A DNA stretch of 64,000 nucleotides, from positions 125,440 to 189,439 of the forward strand of contig CAZTKG010000003.1 in NCBI GenBank assembly GCA_964613815.1. Direction: 5' to 3'. Under the pieces are notes generated by a model. It had not been told where the DNA came from and searched no databases. It was given only the letters and a program-made list of their open reading frames with translations. Each line of letters opens with the position of its first letter. Positions within the stretch are counted from its first letter, which is position 1. The translations under genes and the position numbers were made by a program. Origin of the DNA: an uncultured Gammaproteobacteria bacterium (GTDB lineage Bacteria; Patescibacteriota; Patescibacteriia; UBA9934). This document shows, piece after piece, positions 31,967 through 44,748 of the stretch.

Positions 31967-32292
31967 TACTTCTTCTTTTTGGATTTTGATGCGATCTTTC
32001 TTTTCTTTTTTGCTGGTGCAAGGATTTTGTCCGTCTCTTTTTTGACTCCCTCTGCCGCCTTTTTGATGTGGCCGGTCATCTTTTGGATGTGGGTTGCGCC
32101 GTGTTCTACTTTTGAGCGGACGCCGTGGAGGGCTTGCTCGACGCGGTCCATGCTGTAGCGGACGTCTGACAGGAGCGTGCTGATGGTGCGGATGGCTTTG
32201 GTGACGTGGTAGACGAACCAGCAGATGAATGCGGTTACCCAAAGTACGCAGAATGCGATGACGATATAGAGCAAATCTTGAGCCTCAAACAT
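31966..32292 (-). CDS. Small TM + coiled-coil protein
   Basis: QDLLYIVIAFCVLWVTAFICW; GGAGG RBS. Confidence 0.7.
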   Translation of the reverse strand: MFEAQDLLYIVIAFCVLWVTAFICWFVYHVTKAIRTISTLLSDVRYSMDRVEQALHGVRSKVEHGATHIQKMTGHIKKAAEGVKKETDKILAPAKKKRKIASKSKKKK

Positions 32293-32309
32293 ACTTCCTC
32301 CGTTCGGCG

Positions 32310-32418
32310 TCCATATCCTTCGCATTTTCGGCTTACGCATTCATTTTTTCGACACCGTACGATTTAGTACGCCTTACGAAAAAATGAATTCGTGCACCGA
32401 AACTGCTTTGAATATGAA
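32310..32418. repeat. Palindromic element family D
   Basis: Long imperfect hairpin; minus-strand core GTAAGGCGTA..TACG..GTCGA shared with 56503-56600. Confidence 0.65.
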
Positions 32419-32443
32419 CCCCTCAGTTAATGTAATTTATTGT

Positions 32444-34837
<2,394 letters not shown>

Positions 34838-34864
34838 ATGTGATGACTTTACTTCTGATCTAGC

Positions 34865-35932
34865 CTAAAACTGCTTCAAGAATCTAAAGTCGTTCTTGTA
34901 GAGAATTCTGATGTCGTCGATATTGAGACCTGCTCGCATCATGTTTGTGCGCTCCACTCCCCAACCGAAGGCGAATCCTGTGTATTCGTCTGGGTCGATG
35001 CCGCCAGCTTCGAGTGTTCGTGGGTGGACCATTCCTGCTCCACCGAGTTCGTGCCACCCTTCTTTGCAAACACGGCAACGTTTTCCATCCTTCTCCCCTA
35101 CCCCTTTGCAGATTGGGCACGTGATGTCGATTTCGAATGCTGGTTCCACGAAACGGAAGTGAAATGGGCGGAGGCGGATTTCTCGGTCGTGGCCGAAGTA
35201 GTTTTTGACGAAAAAGTCGATGACGCCTTTGAGGTGACTGACGGATATGTTCTTGTCGATCATGAGGCCCTCGAACTGGTGGAACATTGGGCAATGTGTT
35301 GCATCTGATTGGCGGCGGTACGTCTTGTTGATGTTGATCATGCGGATTGGGAGGTCGCGTTGTTCCATTTCGCGGACCTGGCCGTTTGAGGTGTGCGGAG
35401 TGAGGACAACCTTTCCCTTTTTGCCCTTCCAGGTTTTTGATTGATCTGTAGGGCCTGCCATGAAGAATGTCTCCCATTCGTCTCGCGCTGGGTGGTCTTT
35501 TGGCATGTTTAGGGATTCGAAGGCGTACCAGTCCCAATCAATCTCTGGGTGACGGGCGCGGACGAAGCCTAGGCGCTTGAAGATATCTGCTACTTCTTCG
35601 ATGGCCTGTGAGACGAGGTGGATACTTCCCTGGTCTGATCGTGCTCCAGGAATGGTCATGTCTACGCGTTCTGATTCTATTTTGGCGTCTTTTTCCGTGT
35701 GCTTGATGCGGTGCTCAGCCTCTTCGAATTCTTGCTGGATCTGGGCCTTTAGGGCGTTAAGCGCCTTTCCTTGCGCGGCTCGCGCTTCTGAGTCTAAGCT
35801 TGATAGCTCCTTCATGGCGGCGGCGAGTCGACCCTTTCTGCCGATGAATTCGATTCGGATGTTTTCGATGTCTTCTGCTGATTCTGCTTTGATGATTGCC
35901 GCGTGGAAGTCTTCTAGTAGGTTTTGGCTCAT
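34865..35932 (-). CDS. pheS: Phenylalanyl-tRNA synthetase alpha subunit
   Basis: HPAR, HTS, FHQFEG, FVEP, GAGMVHP, GFAFGWGVER. Confidence 0.96.
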   Translation of the reverse strand: MSQNLLEDFHAAIIKAESAEDIENIRIEFIGRKGRLAAAMKELSSLDSEARAAQGKALNALKAQIQQEFEEAEHRIKHTEKDAKIESERVDMTIPGARSDQGSIHLVSQAIEEVADIFKRLGFVRARHPEIDWDWYAFESLNMPKDHPARDEWETFFMAGPTDQSKTWKGKKGKVVLTPHTSNGQVREMEQRDLPIRMININKTYRRQSDATHCPMFHQFEGLMIDKNISVSHLKGVIDFFVKNYFGHDREIRLRPFHFRFVEPAFEIDITCPICKGVGEKDGKRCRVCKEGWHELGGAGMVHPRTLEAGGIDPDEYTGFAFGWGVERTNMMRAGLNIDDIRILYKNDFRFLKQF

Positions 35933-37011
35933 ATTAACTTGATGATGTCGCGGTATGTGACGAGAATTATGAGGAGGATGAGAATGAGGAATCCTGAATT
36001 GTGTACAACGGCCTCAAGTTTCTGGCTGACCGGCTTGCGACGGACAGCCTCAATAAACACGAAAAGCATCCTTCCTCCATCGAGGGCTGGGAATGGGAGA
36101 ATGTTGATGATGGCGAGGTTTATGCTGAGAATGGCAGCGAACTGTAATAGATAGACAAATCCCATGGCGGCAACTTCTCCTGTCATGACGGCGATGCCGA
36201 CTGGGCCGGCGAGATCTTGACTGACGCCGGCGCCGGTGATGAGGTTTTTTGCGAGATCGTATAAGGCTACCGTGATAGCTACCGTGTATTCGCCTGTGAG
36301 AATCACTCCCTCGACTGGAGCCTTGTACCACGGATACTGCACGGTTCCTGTTTGGAGGATGGCGAGACCGAAGCCTGGGCGGTCGATTTGTTCAATGTAG
36401 GCGGGGGTTGCTTCGAGCGTGATCGGTTCGTTGTTTCTGATGAGGTCGAAGGTTGTGAGCGTGTCTGCTGGGGCTGCTTCTAGGAGATTCCAGGCCTGTT
36501 CTGATGAGATGACCTCCTGTGTATTGATCGCGATGACTTCGTCTCCTGCTTCTAGGCCTGCGATTGCTGCCGGTGATGACTCTAGGACCTGTGTGATGGA
36601 GATTTTTTCGTCGGTGATCGTTGCAGAGGTGTCGGTCCATCCTTCTGTGACCGATGGCATGCCGATCATGAAGGCGACTGAGTAGAGGACGGCGGCGAGG
36701 ACGAGGTTCATGAAGACGCCGGCGGCGAGGACGATGGTTCGGGAAAGGATTGATTTTGAGACGAAGGCGTCTGGGTCGTTTGATTTTTCGCCTGTTTCAC
36801 CTTTGATACGAACAAAGCCTCCGATTGGGATGAGGTTTATGGACCATTCCATGCCGTCTTTTCCTTTCCAGGAATAGATTTTTGGCGGGAATCCGATGCC
36901 GAATTCTTCCACCTTCATGCCCGCTTTTTTGGCGGTGATGTAGTGACCCCATTCATGAACGAGAACGAGAGCGGAGAGGACGACAAAAAATAGGATGATC
37001 GTTGCAATCAT
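35929..37011 (-). CDS. rseP: Site-2 protease RseP (M50 with PDZ)
   Basis: HEWGH, IPIGGFV, PDZ, NILPFPALDGG. Confidence 0.93.
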   Translation of the reverse strand: MIATIILFFVVLSALVLVHEWGHYITAKKAGMKVEEFGIGFPPKIYSWKGKDGMEWSINLIPIGGFVRIKGETGEKSNDPDAFVSKSILSRTIVLAAGVFMNLVLAAVLYSVAFMIGMPSVTEGWTDTSATITDEKISITQVLESSPAAIAGLEAGDEVIAINTQEVISSEQAWNLLEAAPADTLTTFDLIRNNEPITLEATPAYIEQIDRPGFGLAILQTGTVQYPWYKAPVEGVILTGEYTVAITVALYDLAKNLITGAGVSQDLAGPVGIAVMTGEVAAMGFVYLLQFAAILSINLAIINILPFPALDGGRMLFVFIEAVRRKPVSQKLEAVVHNSGFLILILLIILVTYRDIIKLI

Positions 37012-37065
37012 AATGCTCGTATTTTAGCACTTTTTTTGGGATTGTCGAGGGTGTATTGTCCTATT

Positions 37066-37182
37066 TCCCATCCTGAGTCGAGGGATAAATACCCTCGACG
37101 GAAGGATCTCGTTATGCAGTTGTGCCGCGCGGCATGGGATCCTTCCGTTGGTCGGCTGGCGCTCTCCCTCCTCAGGATGGGA
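37066..37182. repeat. Palindromic element (CCCATCCTGAG...CTCAGGATGGGA)
   Basis: Terminal and internal (GAAGGATC/GATCCTTC) inverted repeats. Confidence 0.75.
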
Positions 37183-37195
37183 GAGAAAACGGTCT

Positions 37196-38467
37196 TTATT
37201 TTGCGTGTTCTCGTGCCCATTTTCCGAAGAGGTCTCCTCGGTTTTTGTAGTTTTCGAATTGGTCAAAGCTTGGCGCTGCTGGTGATAGGAGCAGCGATGT
37301 GCCTTGAGCAAGATTTTTATAGGCGTCTTTAATCGCGTCTTCTACGGTGGGCACAGGAGTTGTTCGGCCTCCTGCTTTTTTGATGAGATCGTCGATTTTT
37401 TTGCCGCCTGGGAGGGTGTAGATGATGGCGGAATCTGCTATTGAGGCGGCTAGATTTGCGAGATCTTTGTAGTCATATCCTTCGTCTTGGCCGCCTAGAA
37501 TGACGCCGCCGAGGTCGTTGCCGATTGCTTTGATGCCGGCGATTCCAGCTCCTGGGAGGGTTGATATGGAGTCGTTTATAAAGGTGATGCCTTTGTAGGT
37601 TCCGATGTTTTGGAGACGGTGCGGGAGGCCTTTGAAGGACTCCATTTCGCGTATCATTGCGGACCGATCTAGCTTGAGTCTTCCTGCCATTTTGATGATT
37701 GCGCAGGCGTTTCTGGCGAAGTGCGTGCCTGGGAGGTTTAGGTGGTTTTTGATTTCTTCTGTTTGGTCTGGGAATCGGAGAGCGGTGGCTTTGGTGTGTT
37801 TTGAAAGAGATTTGAGGTCGCTGAAATCTGGATTATAAATGAAGAGATCGTCCTCGGTTTGGGTGAGGGTGATGCGGGACTTTGCGGCGAGGTAGCCGTC
37901 GTAGCCATTGTGATGTTTGAGGTGGGCATCTGGGAAGATGTTGATGATGGTGGCGATGTCTGGGGCCGTGGTGATGTCTTCTAGCTGGTAGCTTGAAAGT
38001 TCGAATACAAAAATTGTTCCTTTGGGGGCGTGGATGTGGGAGATCGCTGGGTCGCCGATGTTTCCGATGAGGCGGGAGTCCTTACCGAGTCTTCCTAGGA
38101 CGTGGTGGAGGAGTGAGGCTGTGGTGGACTTTCCTTTGGAGCCGGTGATGCCGATGATGGCGCCCTTCCCTTTTTGTTCGGCGAGGAAGAGGTTCGTACC
38201 GGAGGTGATGTGAGCGCCTTTTTCTTTTAGTTTTGTGAGGGTTGGGTTGTTGAGGGGGATGCCTGGGGAGCGGAGGACGACTGTGTCAGGACCTGCTTTT
38301 TTGATGGCTTCTGCTGATGTCAGCGTTACCTCGGGGATGTCGGCGTCGTCGATGATGTCGATGTTTTCGATGAAGTCCTGGGCGCTTAGGACCTCGAATG
38401 CTGCTCGGCCTTCTGCGCCGTAGCCGTAGATGATGATGTGTTTGTGTTCGAGGTCTTTTAGGGTCAT
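37196..38467 (-). CDS. murD: UDP-MurNAc-Ala:D-Glu ligase
   Basis: SPG, ITGSKGKSTT, ELSSYQL, LPHRLQ, NDS, LLSPAAPSFDQF. Confidence 0.9.
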   Translation of the reverse strand: MTLKDLEHKHIIIYGYGAEGRAAFEVLSAQDFIENIDIIDDADIPEVTLTSAEAIKKAGPDTVVLRSPGIPLNNPTLTKLKEKGAHITSGTNLFLAEQKGKGAIIGITGSKGKSTTASLLHHVLGRLGKDSRLIGNIGDPAISHIHAPKGTIFVFELSSYQLEDITTAPDIATIINIFPDAHLKHHNGYDGYLAAKSRITLTQTEDDLFIYNPDFSDLKSLSKHTKATALRFPDQTEEIKNHLNLPGTHFARNACAIIKMAGRLKLDRSAMIREMESFKGLPHRLQNIGTYKGITFINDSISTLPGAGIAGIKAIGNDLGGVILGGQDEGYDYKDLANLAASIADSAIIYTLPGGKKIDDLIKKAGGRTTPVPTVEDAIKDAYKNLAQGTSLLLSPAAPSFDQFENYKNRGDLFGKWAREHAK

Positions 38468-38468
38468 A

Positions 38469-39842
38469 TTAAGCCTTTGATTTGATGAAGTCAGTGATTT
38501 CTTTGGTTTTTTCTTCCATCATTTCTGATGAGACCGCCTCTAAATTCAGGCGTAGAAGTGGCTGCGTGTTGGAGGCTCGGACGTTGAACCAAAAGTCTTG
38601 GTAGTTGACGGAGAGACCGTCTAGTTCGATGATTTCGCCGTCGCTGTACTTTTCTTTTAGGGCTGAAATGACATCTGGTGGAGATGTGACTTTGAAGTTT
38701 TGCTCTCCGGAATGGGCGTAGCGGCCTCGGAATGGGGCGACGATTTGTGACAAGGACTTCCCTGTCTCGGTCATCTCGGCGAGGATTTGGGCGATGACGG
38801 TGACCGGGGCTTCGAATGAGCCCTGTGGGAGCGTGTAGTACATGTGGCCGGATGATTCTCCTGCGAAGATTGAATCTCGCTTGATCATGGCTTGTTTGAT
38901 GAAGGAGTGCCCTACCCTTGTTGCAAATGGGATGCCGCCGGACTCTTTGATCATGTCTTCCGTTATTTTTCCTGGGCGGATGTCGTAGCCGATTGGGGCG
39001 CCTGGGTGGGTTCGGAGGATGATTTGGCCGATAAGTCCTCGGAGGATTTCTGGCTCGATCGCGTCTCCGTTTTCGTCGAATAGGAAAATGCGGTCGCCGT
39101 CGCCGTCTGTGGCGATGCCGATGTCGGCGTTTGAGGACTTAATGGCGGCGCGGAGGTCTTCGGTGTTTTCTGGCTTAAATGGGTCAGCTTCGTGGTTTGG
39201 GAAGGTGCCGTCTAGGTCCCAGTACATTCTGTTTAGTTCGCCGGGGATGAGGTTGAAGCATTCATCGATGTAGGGGGCGCCCATGCCGTTTGCGGTGTCG
39301 GCGATGATGTTGAAAGACTTGATCTTGGGATTTCCAGCGAAATCTATTTGGGCTTTTGCGGCGAGCGCCTCGATACCGGTGATTTCTTTTATTGATCCTG
39401 CTGATTCTGATGCTTTGTAGGCTTCGGATTCGATGAGATCTGCCAGATCTTTAATACCGTCGTCTCCGCTGATTGGGATTGCGCGGTTTCTGACCATTTT
39501 GCAGCCGTTGTATTCCGCTGGATTGTGGGAGGCGGAGATGATAGCGCCGCCATCGGCGTTTAGATGGTCGATGGAGAAATAGAAGGCCGGCGTAGATACG
39601 AGGCCGATGTTGTAGACCTTTGAACCTAGCGATGTCGCACCTTTAATGAAAGCTTCTTGGTATGCGACTGATGTCTCTCGCATGTCTCGGCCTATGGCGA
39701 TTGATAGCTGCTTGCCGTCCAGTTCTTTTGATCTGAATGTGGCGTAGGCTTTTCCGAGGTGGAAAAATAGATCTTCTGATAAATCTGAGCCCACGAGCCC
39801 TCTAATGTCGTACGCTCGGAAAATTCCTCTGTTTATTTGCAT
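38469..39842 (-). CDS. Phosphomannomutase/phosphoglucomutase
   Basis: FRAYDIRG, SASHNP, DGDGDR, GESSGH. Confidence 0.93.
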   Translation of the reverse strand: MQINRGIFRAYDIRGLVGSDLSEDLFFHLGKAYATFRSKELDGKQLSIAIGRDMRETSVAYQEAFIKGATSLGSKVYNIGLVSTPAFYFSIDHLNADGGAIISASHNPAEYNGCKMVRNRAIPISGDDGIKDLADLIESEAYKASESAGSIKEITGIEALAAKAQIDFAGNPKIKSFNIIADTANGMGAPYIDECFNLIPGELNRMYWDLDGTFPNHEADPFKPENTEDLRAAIKSSNADIGIATDGDGDRIFLFDENGDAIEPEILRGLIGQIILRTHPGAPIGYDIRPGKITEDMIKESGGIPFATRVGHSFIKQAMIKRDSIFAGESSGHMYYTLPQGSFEAPVTVIAQILAEMTETGKSLSQIVAPFRGRYAHSGEQNFKVTSPPDVISALKEKYSDGEIIELDGLSVNYQDFWFNVRASNTQPLLRLNLEAVSSEMMEEKTKEITDFIKSKA

Positions 39843-39912
39843 AAAATGGTTGACGTAGTAGGTAAAAACAGCGTAATATTTTAGTGATCATTAGTGTATC
39901 TTTAAGCACTTA

Positions 39913-40479
39913 ATGCAGCAAACTTTTATGCCAATTTTGATTATTGTCTTGGTAGCCCTTGCTTTGATTGCCCTGTGGCTTATCGCGGTCTACAACGGAG
40001 TGATTAAGCTTCGAAACCGCGTGGATGAAGCCTGGAGCGACATCGAGGTTCAGATGAAGCGTCGATACGACCTTATTCCGAATCTTGTGAGTTCAGTGAA
40101 GGGATATGCGAAGCATGAGGATAGTGTGTTTACGAAAGTTACAGAGGCCCGAGCGAGTGCCATGGGGGCAAAGACTCCTGGCGAGCATGCTGCTGCGGAG
40201 AATATGCTTTCTGAGACGTTGAAGAGCCTTTTTGCGGTGAGTGAGGCGTATCCTGAGTTGAAGGCGAGTGATAATTTTATTCACCTTCAGAAGGAGCTTG
40301 TGGATGCTGAGGATAAGATTCAGGCGGCTCGACGGTTTTACAATGGAAATGTTCGTGACTTCAATACGAAGATTCAGGTCTTCCCGAACAATGTTGTGGC
40401 TGGAATGCTCGGATTTAAGAAGTATGACTTCTTTGATGCGCCAGACGAAGTCGAAAAAGCTCCAACGGTTAAGTTTTAG
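39913..40479 (+). CDS. lemA: LemA family protein
   Basis: KRRYDLIPNLV, EAYPELKA, RRFYN. Confidence 0.95.
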   Translation: MQQTFMPILIIVLVALALIALWLIAVYNGVIKLRNRVDEAWSDIEVQMKRRYDLIPNLVSSVKGYAKHEDSVFTKVTEARASAMGAKTPGEHAAAENMLSETLKSLFAVSEAYPELKASDNFIHLQKELVDAEDKIQAARRFYNGNVRDFNTKIQVFPNNVVAGMLGFKKYDFFDAPDEVEKAPTVKF

Positions 40480-40484
40480 TCTCA

Positions 40485-41381
40485 ATGTATAAACAGATTG
40501 ATTCTAATAAAAGAAAGACGTGGCTGCTGATGTTTGGGATGTCAGCGGTCATTGTTTTGCTTTTTTATGTTTTTAGCCTGTACGTTGGCACTGATCCGAT
40601 TGCGACGATGGTTGTTGGAGCGGTGTTTTCGATTGTGTACTCGCTGATTAGTTTTTATGCGAGTGACAGGGTGGCGCTCATGAGTTCTGGCGCGAAGCAG
40701 ATTCGGAAGCAGGATTCGCCGGAGCTTTGGAATATGGTCGAAAATCTTTCGATTACTGCCGGGATTCCGATGCCGAAGGTATATGTGATTAATGATGAGG
40801 CGCCGAATGCGTTTGCGACTGGGAGGGATCCGAAGCATGCGAGCGTCGCGTTTACGACCGGGATTTTGAAGTTGATGAATCGACAGGAACTTGAAGGGGT
40901 TACAGCGCATGAACTTAGTCATATCAAGAATTACGACATCCGCGTTATGACGGTGACGGTCGTACTCGTGGGATTGATCGTGCTGATTGCAGACATTTTC
41001 TTGAGAATTGGACTGTTTAGGAATGGGGATCGACGTGGCGGCGGACAGGCTGCTGCGGTTTTGATCGTGGTTGGGATCGTGCTTGCTATTATCTCTCCAC
41101 TGATCGCGCAGGTGATTAAATTAGCCATTTCGAGAACGCGAGAATATCTCGCTGACTCTTCTGGAGCGCTTTTGACACGTTATCCTGAAGGACTTGCAAG
41201 TGCACTTGAGAAGCTTGGCCAATACAGCGGCAAGCTGAAGAAGGCGAACCATGCGACAGCGCATCTCTTTATCAGTAATCCGTTTGGCGAGAAGCGTGGT
41301 CAAAAGGTGGGATTTTTTGAGCGATTATTTCGTACGCATCCGCCTATTTCTGAGCGGATTGCTAAACTTCGAGCGATGTAG
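40485..41381 (+). CDS. htpX: HtpX-family M48 metalloprotease
   Basis: PNAFATG, HELSH, SRTREYLAD, THPP. Confidence 0.93.
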   Translation: MYKQIDSNKRKTWLLMFGMSAVIVLLFYVFSLYVGTDPIATMVVGAVFSIVYSLISFYASDRVALMSSGAKQIRKQDSPELWNMVENLSITAGIPMPKVYVINDEAPNAFATGRDPKHASVAFTTGILKLMNRQELEGVTAHELSHIKNYDIRVMTVTVVLVGLIVLIADIFLRIGLFRNGDRRGGGQAAAVLIVVGIVLAIISPLIAQVIKLAISRTREYLADSSGALLTRYPEGLASALEKLGQYSGKLKKANHATAHLFISNPFGEKRGQKVGFFERLFRTHPPISERIAKLRAM

Positions 41382-41383
41382 CT

Positions 41384-43903
41384 ATGCAGCATGACATTAT
41401 TTCTAAATTCTCTGAACATTTAAAGGCGGCGTTGACGCGGTCTTTTACGCTTGTCATGAGCTCTGACGGGAAAAAGATTGAGCCAGAACATCTTTTGTGG
41501 GGACTTGCGACGCAGGACGGATGTGTTGCGGCGGAAATCTTGGGACGCGTCACGTTTCCCGTTGATACACTTGGTGAACTTCTCGGTTCTACATCCGTGA
41601 ATCCTGATGTCACCACGGAAAAACGTGCTCTCCCTGTCATGACTCAGGCTGCGAGCGCGCTCGTGGAGGCCGCGGTTTTAACTGCGAACGTTTACGAACA
41701 TCGATTTGTTGGGACCGAGCACCTCCTTTCTGCGATGACGCATCCGAAGGGGCCTTGCAAAATTGGTTTTTTTGAAGAAAACGAGGTTGATGTTGGGCAA
41801 ATCCAGGAACATCTCAAGACGGCGTTTCTTGCGTCCATGAACATCTCTCGAAACCCCCACGCGCTCATGAAGATGACCCAGACACCAGAGCTTGCGCTTT
41901 TTGAGGAAGAGGTTCGTGATGAGCGACGCGATGAAGAGGTTGAGACCGATGATCGTGAGACGCCTGCGCTTGATTATTTTGCTGACGAACTTACGCATCC
42001 GGACATGGTTGATACGTTTAATCCTGTGATTGGGCGTGATCGTGAGATCCGGCGTGTGATGCACATCTTGTCTCGCAGGACGAAAAATAACCCTATCCTT
42101 GTTGGTGAGCCAGGTGTTGGGAAAACGGCGATTGTTGAAGGGTTAGCCCGAATGATTGTGAGTGGGGATGTTCCGCCAGTCTTGATGGAGAAGCGTATTT
42201 ATCGACTAGATCTTGCGAGCCTTATTGCCGGGACGATGTACCGCGGGGAGTTTGAGTCTCGGCTACGTCAACTTATAGAAGAGGTTGCTGAGCGGCCTCA
42301 GGTGATTTTGTTTATTGATGAGGTGCATACCATTGCTGGAACCGGGTCCTCCTCTGGCACGCTTGATGCAGCAAACATTTTGAAACCTGCGCTGGCGCGT
42401 GGGGAAATTCGATGTATTGGCGCGACAACGCAGATGGAGTACAAGAAAAGTATTGAATCCGACGGCGCGTTGGAGCGGAGATTTGGACGTGTCGTTGTGC
42501 CAGAGCCCTCTCCTTCTGAGACGCGTAAGATTTTGCTTGGGATACAGTCTTACTATGAAGATTTTCATTTGGTGAACTACACGCCGGAGGCAATCGATGC
42601 AGCTCTTCGACTTTCTGAGGCATACTTTTATGATCGTCACTTTCCTGATAAGGCAATCGATGTTTTGGATGAAGCTGGCGCTATTACGAACACGAAAAAG
42701 CGACCTAGTCGGCGAATGAAGGAAATTCAACGGTGCAAGCGACTGCTTGAAAAGGCGCGAAAAACGAAAGAAAAGGCTGTGCATTTGCGACAATATGATG
42801 ACGCGAAGGAGATTAAGGAATGCGAGAAAGAGATTTTGGATGCGTTGCAGCAGCTTTATGACATGCAAGAGGATGAGAAGCCTACGACGGTTGATGCTCC
42901 TGCTGTTTATCATGTCGTTTCTGAGATGCTTGGGATTCCTGCCGAACATGTTCAAGAACAATCTCTGTTTACGAGCGAGGGGCTTCAGAGCGCATTTAAA
43001 GCTCATCTCTTTGGTCAGGATCGAGCAGTGAAGACCGTTGCTTCTCAGATTTTACGGAGCCAAGTTGGGATGCGTCGGAAGCACCGGCCACTTGCCTCGT
43101 TTTTATTCTGTGGACCTACTGGCACTGGAAAGACGAGTTTTGCGAAAGTGATTTCTGACACCATCTTCCCCGTGAATGGCGGATATTTGCGCCTGAACAT
43201 GTCTGAATACTCTGAAGGATTTTCTGTCTCCAAGTTGATTGGTGCGCCTGCTGGATATGTTGGCTACCGTGAAAAGAGTCGGCTTACGGATGTTGTGAAA
43301 GCGCAGCCGCATAGCGTTATTTTGTTTGATGAGTTCGAGAAGGCACATCCTGACGTGCGATCGCTCTTGTTTCAGATCCTCGATCAGGGAGAGCTCGTTG
43401 ATGCGACTGGGCGCGCGATCTCTTTTCGGCAGGCGATTATTGTGATGACGACCAATGTTGGTGCTGATGCGATTCGTGGAGGCGGGATCGGGTTTTCTGA
43501 CGGTGATGCGGAGCGCGGGTCTGATGCCGGCGTAAGGAAAGCTCTCGAAGACGCGCTTTCTCGACCACTTTTGAATCGTGTCGATTCTGTTTGCGTGTTT
43601 AATCCACCTGCTGATGAAGTGATCCGTGCAATTGTGCGCAAAGAGCTTGAGATTGTTGCAGGTCGGTTGCGTGATAGGGATAGCGAACTCGCGTTTTCTG
43701 ATGCCGCTGTGGAATATATTAGCTCGCAAATTGACCCAAAGCATGGTGGGCATGGCGTGCGCCGCGCCATTGAAGACCATGTTGAATCTCAATTGACTGA
43801 CTTGATTATTTCGCGTGGCCTCTCCCCGCTTCTGACAGCGAAGCGATCACCTGAAGGAGATATTGTCATCGAGCCGTGCGATCAACCTCCACTTGCGGTA
43901 TAA
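41384..43903 (+). CDS. clpC: ClpC-like Hsp100 ATPase
   Basis: Clp-N repeats, [27 protein letters not shown]. Confidence 0.9.
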   Translation: MQHDIISKFSEHLKAALTRSFTLVMSSDGKKIEPEHLLWGLATQDGCVAAEILGRVTFPVDTLGELLGSTSVNPDVTTEKRALPVMTQAASALVEAAVLTANVYEHRFVGTEHLLSAMTHPKGPCKIGFFEENEVDVGQIQEHLKTAFLASMNISRNPHALMKMTQTPELALFEEEVRDERRDEEVETDDRETPALDYFADELTHPDMVDTFNPVIGRDREIRRVMHILSRRTKNNPILVGEPGVGKTAIVEGLARMIVSGDVPPVLMEKRIYRLDLASLIAGTMYRGEFESRLRQLIEEVAERPQVILFIDEVHTIAGTGSSSGTLDAANILKPALARGEIRCIGATTQMEYKKSIESDGALERRFGRVVVPEPSPSETRKILLGIQSYYEDFHLVNYTPEAIDAALRLSEAYFYDRHFPDKAIDVLDEAGAITNTKKRPSRRMKEIQRCKRLLEKARKTKEKAVHLRQYDDAKEIKECEKEILDALQQLYDMQEDEKPTTVDAPAVYHVVSEMLGIPAEHVQEQSLFTSEGLQSAFKAHLFGQDRAVKTVASQILRSQVGMRRKHRPLASFLFCGPTGTGKTSFAKVISDTIFPVNGGYLRLNMSEYSEGFSVSKLIGAPAGYVGYREKSRLTDVVKAQPHSVILFDEFEKAHPDVRSLLFQILDQGELVDATGRAISFRQAIIVMTTNVGADAIRGGGIGFSDGDAERGSDAGVRKALEDALSRPLLNRVDSVCVFNPPADEVIRAIVRKELEIVAGRLRDRDSELAFSDAAVEYISSQIDPKHGGHGVRRAIEDHVESQLTDLIISRGLSPLLTAKRSPEGDIVIEPCDQPPLAV

Positions 43904-43924
43904 TTTTGGTGTGAATCTTTTTGA

Positions 43925-44746
43925 TTGGCACTTATGGCGAATGCGCATGCTTTCAAGCGCGAACTGAACCAGAAGAAACACATTAAACGCCTTCAATCGA
44001 GCACGCAGCCGCTTCGCGCGATAGATATGAATCCTACTAGCCGCGCAAGCTCTGGAGAGCGTGCTTTTCGCGAATCTACGCATGCGGCGAAGATGTCCGC
44101 TCAACGAGCTCAGATTCATGCGCAGTCACTTGGACATTCTCAGCTACAACCTCACCCCGAGATTCGTCAAGACGGCAATGTCCACTACCTCCCTGCCCCC
44201 TCGAGACCAGCGCCGCCACAACAGCATGAAATGCGCGCTACAGATCCTCGCCGCGGTGCCGCTCGAAGACGTCGGAATGCTGATCGTGAGAACAAACGAC
44301 GCCTTCTTGCCACCGAGAAAAACGTCGCTGAGATGAAGAGGAACATGACGCGAAAGATTATTTGGGGAGCTGGAGGCCCTGGCGGCGCCGCGGAATGCGA
44401 GGGAGCTGCTGGAGGAACGTGGTTTGGTCTTGGAGGGCTTGCAACGGTCTATCAGGCTGGAAAGGCATTTCTCAAGTCCAAAGATGATCCTGATCTTTTT
44501 GGTAAAGATGGTGTTTTGACGTTTTTTGAACCACCAAGACCTGACCCGAATGATGGCTTTAGTTATGTGGTTTATCTCTATGCGATCGGCTGGACGTTTG
44601 CCGTTGTTGCCGCACTGCTTGTTCTGATTTTTTTCTTGACCCTTCTTGCCTTCTCGATTCTTGTCTACTCTGGCATGATGGCATCGATCTTCGGAATCCT
44701 TACATCCTTTCTCTCACCATTTGTTGAAATTATCTTCTTCCTTTAG
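43925..44746 (+). CDS. Hypothetical membrane protein
   Basis: Basic N-terminus, long hydrophobic C-terminus. Confidence 0.6.
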   Translation: MALMANAHAFKRELNQKKHIKRLQSSTQPLRAIDMNPTSRASSGERAFRESTHAAKMSAQRAQIHAQSLGHSQLQPHPEIRQDGNVHYLPAPSRPAPPQQHEMRATDPRRGAARRRRNADRENKRRLLATEKNVAEMKRNMTRKIIWGAGGPGGAAECEGAAGGTWFGLGGLATVYQAGKAFLKSKDDPDLFGKDGVLTFFEPPRPDPNDGFSYVVYLYAIGWTFAVVAALLVLIFFLTLLAFSILVYSGMMASIFGILTSFLSPFVEIIFFL

Positions 44747-44748
44747 CT

